Shown piece by piece: positions 24,868 to 37,300 of a stretch of 64,000 bases of DNA; position 1 is the first letter of the stretch; every line of letters begins with the position of its first letter. Source of the stretch: Anaeramoeba ignava BMAN (Eukaryota; Protista; Anaeramoebae); the NCBI GenBank assembly GCA_028826165.1, contig JAPDFW010000132.1, positions 62,001 to 126,000 on the forward strand, in the 5' to 3' direction. Under the pieces are notes generated by a model. It saw nothing but the letters and a program-made list of their open reading frames with translations. It did not search any database and was not told where the DNA came from. The position numbers and the translations under genes are program-made.

Positions 24868-27491
24868 TTATTCATCACAAAAATCCAGAATAATGTAAAG
24901 GGTCCTGTCATTAAAGTTCCAACAATAATAGCTAAAAAGAAATTTTTTTTTGAAAATAACAATAAATTAATAAAATTTTTAAATTTAAAAATTTCAATCA
25001 AAATTAAAAAAAAATTTTTCTTTTATTTTTAAAAAAAAAATACTTGTAGAAATTGCTTCTCTTCCTAAATTATATTCTTGACCAATTGTAAATGCTGCAA
25101 CAGCTAATGGCATTTCTGAAACAATAACTGCACTTTGTAAAATTTTTCCTCTTTTTTGATTTAAAAAAAAATCCCGAAAAGTAAAAAAAATTTTTTTTTT
25201 CTTTATTTTTTAAAAAATTTTTACCTTATATTAAATGGAATACAAACTAAAACAACAAGAATTGGAAAAGCAAAATGACGAAGAAAGAGCCAAATTATCA
25301 TTGATTTCCAACCACTACTAATAATTCTTTTACGAATATAACTAAATGATTTATTAAAAAAAAAGAAAATGAATAATAAATAAGAGGAAATTTATTTTGA
25401 AAGAAATTTATCAAAAAAAAAAATAAATACACAAAAATTCCGACACAAAATAAAGCAGCTGGAACTAAAGAACTAAAAGAAATAAAAAGACAATTTTTGA
25501 TTTTTAATTTAAATATTTTTGAATTTAAATATTTTTGATTTGAAATATTTATGAATTGAAATATTTTTGAATTGAAATATTTTTGAATTGAAATATTTTT
25601 TAATTTAAATATTTTTGAATTTAAATATTTTTAAATTTAAATATTTATAAATTGAAATATTTTTAATTTGAAATATTTTTAATTTAAAATATTTTTGATT
25701 TACGCTGAAAGTGGATCAACTATCATTGAAAGAGCAGTAGGAACAGGAAGTTTAAGAAAAGAATAAGCAAGTCCAAGAAAATTTGACCATAAAGGAAGAT
25801 TTGTAACTAATGATTTGAATAAAGTTTTCTTAAAAGATTTTTTATTTTTTATTGGAGTTCGAGAATCATCATCAATTGATGAAGAGGAAAATTGTAATTG
25901 AATCCAACTAGCATCATCAATAAGATTTTCATTTTGATTTTGATTTGAATTTTCATTTTGATTTTGATTTTGATTTGAGTTTTCATTTTCATTTTGATTT
26001 TTATCTTGATTTTGATTTTGATTTTGATTTTGATTTTCATCTTGATTTTCCATAATATCAGTTATTTCAGTTAATTCAGTTATTTCTTGAAAATCAGTTT
26101 CTTCACTTTTTTCTATTTTAATTTTTTTTATTTGTTCAAGTTTTTCTTTTTCAAGCTTTTCTTTTTCAAGTTTTTCTTTTTCAATTTCTCTTTTAATTTG
26201 TAATTTTTCCATTAGAAAAAAAACAAAAGGAAATCTAAATATATTAAAAAATGTTGACATAACTGGATAAATATCATAACTTTCATCAAAAATTGATCGA
26301 AGAATTGGGATTCCAAAAATAATTTGACTAAAAATAATTTTTTAAAATTGATTATTAAATTCATGTTTTAAATTGATATTTTAAATTGATTGTTAAATCC
26401 ATTTTTAAATTGATAAATTAAATTGATATTTTAAATTGATATTTTAAATTGATTTTTAAATTAATTGTTAAATTGATATTTTAAATTGATATTTTAAATT
26501 GATTTTTAAATTAATAAATTAATATTTTAAATTGATATTTTAAATTGATATTTAAATTGATATTTTAAATTGATATTTAAATTGATATTTTTAAATTGAT
26601 TTTTAAATTAATTGTTAAATTGATATTTTAAATTGATATTTTAAATTGATATTTAAATTGATATTTAAATTGATAATTAAATTGATTTTTAAATTGATAT
26701 TTTTAAATTGATATTTAAATTGATATTTTTAAATTGATATTTAAATTGTTATTTTAAATTGATTTTTAAATTGATATTTTAAATTGATTTTTAAATTAAT
26801 ATTTAAATTGATATTTAAATTGATATTTTAAATTGATATTTTTAAATTAATAAATTGATATTTAAATTGATATTTTAAATTGATATTTTAAATTGATATT
26901 TTAAATTGATTTTTAAATTGATAAATTAATATTTTAAATTGATAAATTGAAAATATCTACTTAGGCCAAGCAAAAATGATATAAATCAATGCATAAATTC
27001 CTTGTTGTTTTTTCAGTTTTTTAAAAAAAACATATACAAAACAAATTAAAGCAGCTAAATCAATTAAAATTAATAAATAATTAATAAATAAATAAATAAA
27101 GAAACAAAAAAATAAACTATAAAAAAGAATACCAATAATATTTGCAACAATATACATAAGAGCAAAATTCCAATCCATCTTTTCAGAAGGAATATTTATA
27201 AAAGCACGAAATAAAATTGCAGGAAGACAAATTTTTAAAACAAAAACATTCATATTTCTTAATGTTTGTTCTGGTTGAATAATTTTTGTGAAAGCAGCAA
27301 GCCAACCACTAATAAAAAATATGAGAAGTGCTTTTGGGAAATGTTTTTAATTTTAATTTTAATTTGAATTTTATAAATGAATTTTAATTTTAATTTTAAT
27401 TTTAATTTTAATTTTAATTTAATTTTAATTTTAATTTTAATTTACCAAGTGATTGATAAGTAACTTGAAGATAAGCTGAATTGTTTGACAT
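24868..27491 (-). CDS. Auxin efflux carrier (PIN/AEC, Mem_trans) family transporter, 8 exons
   Basis: N.FV..I.LPA.LF, PNQIIFGIPIL, hydrophilic central loop, TNLPLW..FLGL, PAALFCVGIF, QSAVIVSEMPLAVAAF...EY, TAIIVGT; 5+5 TM layout. Confidence 0.85.
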
Positions 27492-27679
27492 TTTTAATTT
27501 TAAATTTTATATTTTATAATAAAAAAAAAAAGGATTTAAATGTTGATCTAATTATCCCTTTATTAATTTTATTTTAGAAAAAGAAAAAAAATGAAAAAAA
27601 AAATGAAAAAAAAAAATAAATTTATATAAAAAATGAGAATAAATTTAAATTAATAATTAATTTAATTTTCTTTTTTATT

Positions 27680-28190
27680 TATTATTTTAAATTAATTTCT
27701 AAATTGAATATTAAATTAAATCTATTCTTATTTTTATATTTTATATGTTAAATATTTAAATAATAAAAATAATTAAATCTAAAACAATAAATTATTATTT
27801 TAAACATAGAATTAAATATTAAATTATATTTTTAAATTAATTTATAAATTAAATATTAAGTTAAACTTATTCTTATTTTTATATTTTTATGCTAAATATT
27901 TTTAATAATAAAATATTTTAAATTTAAAACATTAAATTATTATTTTAGACATAAAATTAAATATTAAATTATATTTTTAAATTAATTTATAAATTAAATA
28001 TTAAATTAAATCTATTTTCATTTTTTATATTTTTATGCTAAATATTTTAATAATAAAATGTTTAAATCTAAAACAATAAATTATTATTTTAATAATAAAA
28101 TTAAATATTAAATTATATTTTTAAATTAATTTATAAATCGAATATTAAATTAAATCTATTCTCATTTTTTATATTTATATGTTAAATAAA
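27680..28190. repeat. Intergenic tandem array, ~3.5 copies of a ~145-bp unit related to the 17-19 kb array
   Basis: Anchor AAATTAATTT at ~27688, 27834, 27979 and 28123; shares TTTTAAATTAATTTATAAAT(T)AAATATTAAATTAAA, AATATTTTAATAA and AATAAATTATTA in the same order. Confidence 0.85.
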
Positions 28191-28390
28191 ATGAAAGAAA
28201 AAATTAATCAAAAAAAATTTACTTATCACGAAAAAAAAGGAGAAACAAAATGAAAAAAAAAGGAGAAAAAGAAAGGGAAAAGAAAGGAAAAAGATTTTAA
28301 ATTTGCTTTTTTTTAATAATTTTGGTTTTTCATTTTTTTCTTTTTCATTTTTTCTTCTTTGTTATCTTTTTTGTTGTTTCAAGTTTTCAA

Positions 28391-31300
28391 ATGAATATTT
28401 CAGAGTCATCATTAACAGTTCTTGCAGTAATTTTTGTTGTTGGATTTTTAATCGTTTTAGCAGGAGCAATTTTATATTGGATTATAACAAAAACAGTACC
28501 AATGAATACAAAAGGCAAATGTGGTTCATTTCTTAAAAGTTATAAAAAATTTAAGAATTTTCTTCAACACATTCTTCGCCTTAATTCAAAAACAGGAGCT
28601 ATTTGGGTAATTTTTATTTACTTTAACTCCGATTATTAAATATAAATTCAATCAAAAAAAAAATAATTTTATTTATAAATAAGATCAAATAATTGATTAC
28701 TAATTAATACAATAAATTGATATAATAAATTAAATTAAAATAATAAATTAAATTAAAATAATAAATTAAATTAAAATAATAAATTAAATTGAAATAATAA
28801 ATTAAATTGAAATAATAAATTAATTTTAAATAATAAATTAAATTAAAATAATAAATTAATTTTAAATAATAAATTAATTTTAAATAATAAATTAATTTTA
28901 AATAATAAATTAATTTTAAATAATAAATTAATTTTAAATAATAAATTAATTTTAAATAATAAATTAAATTAAAATAATAAATTAAATTAAAATAATAAAT
29001 TAAATTAAAATAATAAATTAAATTAAAATAATAAATTAAATTAAAATAATAAATTAAATTAAAATAATAAATTGAATTAAAATAATAAATTGAATTAAAA
29101 TAATTGATTTGGAAAATTTAGGAAGCATTTCAAAATGGTTGCACATTAATAGCTATAATTCTATATATTATTCAATTATATGGAACAAGAAATCAAAAAT
29201 CTTTTGATGTTGAAACTTTTGTTGCTTTTGCTTTTGCACTAGAATATACATTAAAATTTATAATTTCCAACAGTAAAGTAAAGTATTATGTTTCGAGATG
29301 GGGAATTATTGATTTTGCAACTTTTATGCCAACTTTTATTACGTAATTAATTTTTAATTGAAATAATATTTTGTTGAATTTTGGTTTTATTTGAGATTAA
29401 TTATTTTCGTAATTATTTTTGTTGATTTAGATGGGGAATGGATAAAGATGAATATGGTGCAAATATGGAAGCAATGAGAACTTTAAGAATACTGAGAATA
29501 TTTAAAATTTATCGACTTCTTGTTTACTTTCAAAAAGGTATTTTGGTTTTCATGTTTAAAAAAATATTTTTGTTTTCATGTTAAAAAATTTTTTTCAATT
29601 AAATAGATATAAATAAACAAATTGCAAAAGTTGGGATGTCTATTGTTGCATTTATTACTGTTACTGCTTCTTTTTTTATTTATATTGAAAACAGATATTT
29701 AGATTCAAGTGATAAATTAGAATTTCATGATGGAATTTATTTTATGGTTGTAACAATTTCAACAGTTGGATATGGAGATATTTCACCAGAAACAACATTA
29801 GGAAGACTTTTTATGACAGCTATGATTTTAGTTATTGCAGTTATCATTCCTTATCAAGTAAGAAAGAAAGAATAATTCAATTCAATAAAAATATTTAATT
29901 TAATTCAATTCAATTTAATTTAATAAAAATATTTAATTTAATTTAATTTAATTTAATTCAATTCAATAAAAATATTCAATTCAATTTAATAAAAATATTT
30001 AATTTAATATTTAATTCAATTCAATTCAATTTAATTCAATTCAATAAAAATATTTAATTCAATTCAATTCAATTCAATTCAATAAAAATATTTAATTCAA
30101 TTTAATAAAAATATTTAATTCAATTTAATTTAATTTAATTTAATTTAATTTAATAAAAATATTTAATTCAATTTAATTCAATTCAATAAAAATATTTAAT
30201 TTAATTCAATTCAATTCAATTTAATTTAATAAAAATATTTAATTTAATTTAATTTAATTTTAATTCAATTCAATTTAATTTAATAAAAATATTTAATTTA
30301 ATTTAATAAAAATATTTAATTTAATTTAATTTAATAAAAATATTTAATTTAATTTAATTTAATTTAATAAAAATATTTAATTTAATTTAATTTAATTTAA
30401 TAAAAATATTTAATTTAATTTAATTTAATTTAATTCAATTTAATTTAATTTAATAAAAATATTTAATTCAATTCAATTTAATTTAATAAAAATATTCAAT
30501 TTAATTTAATTCAATTCAATTTAATACAATTCAATAAAAATATTTAATTCAATTCAATTCAATTCAATAAAAATATTTAATTCAATAAAAAATATTTAAT
30601 TCAATTTAATTCAATTCAATAAAAATATTCAATTCAATTCAATAAAAATATTTAATTCAATAAAAATATTCAATTCAATTTAATAAAAATATTTAATTCA
30701 ATTCAATTCAATTTAATAAAAATATTTAATTCAATTCAATTCAATTTAATAAAAATATTTAATTTAATTTAATTTAATTTAATTTAATTTAATTTAATTT
30801 AATAAAAATATTCAATTCAATTTAATTTAATTTAATTCAATTTAATAAAAATAATTCAATTCAATAAAAATATTCAATTTAATTTAATTCAATTCAATTT
30901 AATAAAAATATTTAATTTAATTTAATTCAATTCAATTTAATAAAAATATTTAATTTAATTTAATTCAATTCAATAAAAATATTCAATTTAATTTAATTCA
31001 ATTCAATTCAATTCAATTTAATAAAAATATTTAATTTAATTCAATTTAATAAAAATATTTAATTTAATTTAATTTAATTTAATTTAATTCAATAAAAATA
31101 ATTCAATTCAATAAAAATATTTAATTTAATTCAATTCAATTCAATTTAATAAAAATATTTAATTTAATTCAATAAAAATATTTAATTCAATTCAATAAAA
31201 ATATTTAATTCAATTCAATAAAAATATTTAATTTAATTTAATTTAATTTAATTCAATTTAATAAAAATATTTAATTCAATTTAATAAAAATATTTAATTT

Positions 31301-34246
31301 AATATTTAATTCAATTCAATTCAATTCAATATTCAATTCAATTCAATTCAATATTCAATTCAATTCAATTTAATTTAATAAAAATAATTTAATTCAATTC
31401 AATAAAAATATTTAATTTAATTCAATTCAATAAAAATATTTAATTCAATTAAATTCAATTTAATAAATGAAATTCAATTCAATTCAATTCAATAAAAATA
31501 TTTAATTCAATTTAATAAAAATATTTAATTTAATTCAATTCAATTTAATTCAATTCAATTTAATAAAAATATTCAATTTAATTTAATAAAAATATTCAAT
31601 TTAATTTAATTTAATTCAATAAAAATATTTTAGTTATCAGAATTAACAAGTTTACTCGGTGATGTTAATCCATATATTGGAGCATACCAAGGAACAAAAG
31701 AAAAAAGACATGTTATACTAACAGGACAAATAACACCATCATCTTTAATGTTCTTTTTATCCGATTTCACAAGAAGAAAACCAAAAAATCGAAATATTGA
31801 TTTTGTTATTCTTCAAAGGAAAAAACCAGCTCGAGAAATAGAAACAATAATAGAAAGTCCAACTTATGTCGAAGACATAAAATGGATTGTAGGATCATCC
31901 ATTGACGACCAAGATCTGCAACGCGCTGGAATTCACTTTGCAGAATCAGTATTTGTCTTTGTCGATAAATTTTCAGAAGATCCCAAAACAGCGGATACAA
32001 AAACACTTCTTACACTTCTTGCTATAGAAGAGCTGAATAACTTTTCGAGAATTTTTGTGCAAGTACTTCATCCGGAGAAACAGGTTTCATTGACAAAGGA
32101 CGCAGCTATAATCTCCATTTTGGAAATGAAAGGGTATCTTTTGGCTCAAAGTTGCATGTGTCCTGGATTTTCCACTTTTATTTTCAACTTAATCACAAAC
32201 ACTTTGGATACTAAACAACCAGAGAAATGGACACAAGAATACAAGGTTGGAAGGAATATGTACATTGTGACTTTTCTTTTTGATGAGAAATTTGCAGGAA
32301 AATCTTTTATTGAAGTTTCTATTGATTTTCAACAAAAAGGTGTTTGTTTGTTTGCTTTACTTATGGAAGTTGAAAACAGACATGTTTGTGTCCTTAACCC
32401 TGGACTATCATACAATATACAAGAGGATGATATCGGTTTTCTGATCACTTCTTCTGAATCTGATTATATTAGACTTCTGGAATTGGAAAAGCAAAAAAAC
32501 TTAATATTTCATGATAAATCAGAAAGTTTCACAAAAATATCAATGAATTCAATCAATCTTGGAGTTATGGGAACTTTGAAAGCATTTGAGAATGAGGATG
32601 AGAAACATAAGCAAGAAATTGATCTTGAAAATTCTTTTTCTGATACTTCTGATAGTGTTAAAGAAAATGAAATCAAAAAAGAAGAAAAAAATAATGAAAA
32701 TAAAGATAATGATGAAAATAAAGATAATAATAAAGATAAAGATAAAGATAATGATGAAAATAAAGATAATAATAAAGATAAAGATAAAGATAAAGATAAA
32801 GATAAAGATAAAGATAAAGATAAAGGTGTTACTTTTGATACAACTGTTTATGATCCACAATTGAATTCACCACTTATTAATCAAGATTTGAATCAAAATC
32901 AAAATCAAAATCAAAATCAAGATGAAAATCAAAATCAAAATCAAAATCAAAATCAAAATCAAAATCAAAATCAAATTCAAAATAAATTATTACATAAATC
33001 ATCCAAATCCAAAAACTTTATGCAAAGAGATCCATATCGAATAACAGAAAAATTTCGTCGAGAAACATTAGATCAAATTGAAATTTCCGAAATAAACTTT
33101 TTTGATGATGACGATCTAGATTTAAAAACAAACGAACAAGATATACCAATTCCAGAAGGGAATTTACGACGAGTAAACACTTGCGAACGAAGACCATTAA
33201 ACAAAAGCAAGTTAGTAGCATGCAGTGGGTTCAACGGGCATATAATATTAATGGGGAACACAAGTGGAATTGCCTATTTTATAACACATTTAAGATCAGT
33301 TGATTGGAAAGTGCAAATTCCAATTGTGATTCTTCATCCAGATTTTCCAGAAAGCACATGGAAAGAAATCAATTTCTTCCCTTTTATTTATTATGTTGCT
33401 GGCAATCCCACTAAGATTCTCGATCTTGAACGTGTTGGTGTTTCTCATGCTAGTAGAGTCATATTTCTTCCTGAAAATTCACGTATTCATGAACTCCAAC
33501 AGGATCCGGATCTCGGTGATTTTTTTGCGGATTCGGAAACTATATCAACAATTCGAAGCATAGAACATCTTTCTAGTAAACCATTCATCATCACTGAACT
33601 TCTTCATTCTGAAAGCATGAAATTCTTGAAACTGAAATTTCGCAAGCAGAGAAATAGCATTTCCAAATTAATCAGTAATCCAACCAAAAAAAAGAAAAAA
33701 AATAAATGGAAAGTTGGCAAATTTGGCGGTTCAATTGTCTCCAGAATGCTCAATCTTGGTGGAGGAGAAAGCCAGGATGTGTACAATTCACATCCCTATT
33801 TCGCAAGCGGTAGAGTTCTTCTTTCATCAATGATGGACTCCTTATTGTCTTATATTTATTGGACTCCAGAATTACTTCATATCATTTCCCAACTTATTTT
33901 CTCAAAGAAATTTGATCATTTGGATTCTGAAATCCAGCAATCAAGTGTGTTTCTTTATAAAATTCCTGAAATTTTTAACGGAAAATACTTCCAACAATTT
34001 TTCTCAACTTTGGCTAAGCAATTTGGAATTATTTGTTTGGGTTTATATCGTTCTGGAAAGCATTTTGAAGAACACTCTCCTTTGCCATATGTCTTTACTA
34101 ATCCTCCTCCTGATACTTTGATTTATCATGAAGATTCTGCTTATCTTTTAAGTTCTTCTTTGGATTTAATTTCTGATGCAATGACACAAATTCAATCTCA
34201 AAAAATTTCACTTGAACCATTTCTTATTAATAAAAAGAATGATTAA
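28391..34246 (+). CDS. Slo/BK-type potassium channel alpha subunit (S0-S6, two RCK domains), 5 exons
   Basis: N-terminal extra TM (S0), S4 MRTLRILRIFKIYR, pore YFMVVTISTVGYGDISP, RCK1 (HVILTG, DLQRA, LAQSCMCPGFST..NL, W..EY..G), RCK2 (HIILMG, DLERVG, IITEL, PYFASG, LGLYR, YVFTNPP). Confidence 0.95.
29858..31633 (+). repeat. 1776-nt intron filled with (AATTY)n punctuated by AATAAAAATATT
   Basis: GT..AG boundaries join IIPYQ|LSELTSL; composite 5-mer repeat. Confidence 0.92.
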
Positions 34247-34382
34247 TTTTTTTTTTATAATTTTTTATATTAATTTTTGCCAGTTCAATTTGTTAAAAAA
34301 GAAATTTGTTCCTTTTTTTTGTTCCTCTTTTTTTAATTTTTTAATTTTTTATTCTTTATTATTTATTTAAAAAAAAACTTTA

Positions 34383-37300
34383 TTATTTTTCTTTATCTTT
34401 ATCTTTTTCTCTTCTTTTTGAAGGAATTGAATATTTTTTAGGAAGTTTAAATTTATTTATTTGTTGTTTAACAAAAGTAGCTTGATTTTTATTTGGAGAA
34501 ACAGGAGTTGGATTTTGGAAAATATTTGCAAAAGAACGTGATATTTTAGGTTGATTTTGTAATTGTGGAACTTCAAAAGTAAGTGATAATCTACGAGTTG
34601 AATTATCAGGAATTATTAAATTTTCAATTTGGAAATCAATATCTTCTTGTTGAATTTTTTCTTCTTTTTCTGGATCATTTTTTTCAACACTAAATCTTTT
34701 TTCAGTTACTAAATTTGGATTGAAACATTTTTCAGTCATTTCAGTAAAAATTTGACTTCCTCTATTGATTGCTATTGTTTTTCTTTTTTGGTAAAGATCA
34801 ATTGGGATATTTTGATTAATTTTTTCGTTTTGATTTTGATTTTGATTTTGATTAATTTTTTCATTTTGATTTTGATTTTGATTTTGATTTTGATTTTCAT
34901 TAATTTTTTGATTTTGATTTTGATTTTGATTTTGATTTTGATTTTGATTTTGATTAATTTTTTCATTTTGATTTTGATTTTGATTTTGATTTTCATTTTG
35001 ATTTTGATTGATTTTTTCATTTTGATTTTGATTAATTTTTTCGTTTTGATTTTCATTATTATCTAAATCTTCTTGTTCTTCTTCTTTGGTTTTGTGATTG
35101 TAATCATCTAATTCATGTTCTTTTTTAGGAAATTGTTTTAATAAATAATTTTCATTATAGTAAAAATTATTTTGTGCATCATTTTCTTTATCATGAACCC
35201 ATACTTCAAACATTTGAGTATCTTTAAATTCTTTGAGAAACTATTTAAATCCATAAATCATAAAAATAATTTTAGAAAAATTAATTTTTTTATAATTAAT
35301 TTTTTTATACTTTTTGTGTTCTTCTTCTTCTTGTTGAAATGAAATTTTTTAAATCAAAAACAATTCCATCATTTTGTGGAATTAAAAAATATCGAAAATC
35401 TCCAAAAATTTTGATAAAAAATGATAAGAATTCTTCTGCGATTGCATCAATATCTAAAGTACCTTTTTCTATTTTTTTAAATTAAATTTTTAAATAATGA
35501 AATAAATTTTTAAATAAATTTTAAATAAATTTTAAATAAATTTTAAAATAAATATTGAAATAAATTTTAAAATAAATATTGAAATAAATATTGAAATAAA
35601 TATTGAAATAAATATTGAAATAAATATTGAAATAAATATTGAAATAAATATTGAAATAAATATTGAAATAAATATTGAAATAAATATTGAAATAAATATT
35701 GAAATAAATATTGAAATAAATATTGAAATAAATATTGAAATAAATATTTAAATAAATATTGAAATAAATATTGAAATAAATATTGAAATAAATATTGAAA
35801 TAAATATTGAAATAATTATTAAAATAAATATTTAAATAAATATTGAAATAATTATTAAAATAAATATTGAAATAAATATTAAAATAATTATTAAAATAAA
35901 TATTAAAATAATTATTAAAATAAATATTTAAATAAATATTGAAATAAATATTGAAATAAATTTTGAAATAAATATTGAAATAAATATTGAAATTAATATT
36001 GAAATAAATATTGAAATAAATATTGAAATAAATATTGAAATAATTTTTAAAATAAATATTGAAATAAATATTTAAATAATGAAATAAATTTTGAAATAAA
36101 TATTGAAATAAATATTGAAATAAATATTGAAATAAATATTAAAAATAAATATTTAAATAAATATTGAAATAAATATTGAAATAAATATTGAAATAAATAT
36201 TGAAATAAATATTGAAATAAATATTAAAATAAATATTGAAATAAATATTAAAATAAATTTTAAAATAAATTTTAAATAAATTTTGAAATAAATAATGAAA
36301 TAAATTTTAAATAAATATTTAAATAAATATTGAAATAAATATTGAAATAAATTTTAAAATAAATATTGAAATAAATATTGAAATAAATATTTAAATAAAT
36401 TTTGAAATAAATATTGAAATAAATATTTAAATAAATTATGAAATAAATATTGAAATAAATATTGAAATAAATATTGAAATAAATATTGAAATAAATTATG
36501 AAATAAATATTGAAATAAATATTGAAATAAATATTAAAATAAATATTGAAATAAATATTAAAATAAATATTTAAATAAATATTGAAATAAATATTGAAAT
36601 AAATATTGAAATAAATATTGAAATAAATATTGAAATAAATATTGAAATAAATATTGAAATAAATATTGAAATAAATATTGAAATAAATATTGAAATAAAT
36701 ATTGAAATAAATATTGAAATAAATATTGAAATAAATATTGAAATAAATATTGAAATAAATATTGAAATAAATATTGAAATAAATATTGAAATAAATATTG
36801 AAATGAATATTGAAATAAATATTGAAATTAATTTTGAAATAAATATTGAAATTAATTTTGAAATAAATATTGAAATGAATATTGAAATAAATATTGAAAT
36901 AAATATTAAAAATAAATATTGAAATAAATATTAAAATAAATATTGAAATAAATATTGAAATAAATTTTGAAATAAATATTTAAATAAATTTTGAAATAAA
37001 TATTGAAATAAATATTGAAATAAATATTGAAATAAATTATGAAATAAATATTTAAATAAATATTGAAATAAATATTGAAATAAATATTGAAATAAATATT
37101 GAAATAAATATTGAAATAAATATTGAAATAAATATTGAAATAAATATTGAAATAAATATTGAAATAAATATTGAAATAAATTTTAAAATAAATATTAAAA
37201 TAAATATTTAAATAAATATTTAAATAAATATTGAAATAATTATTGAAATAAATAATCCTCTACTTTTTAAAATATCTTGATGTTTTTTAATAGTTTTAAT

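Noticed and set aside
31634-34246. Intein or mobile insert within long exons (BK, PFO, SPRY)
   Set aside because: No C/S...HN-C/S/T splice motifs or LAGLIDADG blocks seen; the insertions are low-complexity only.
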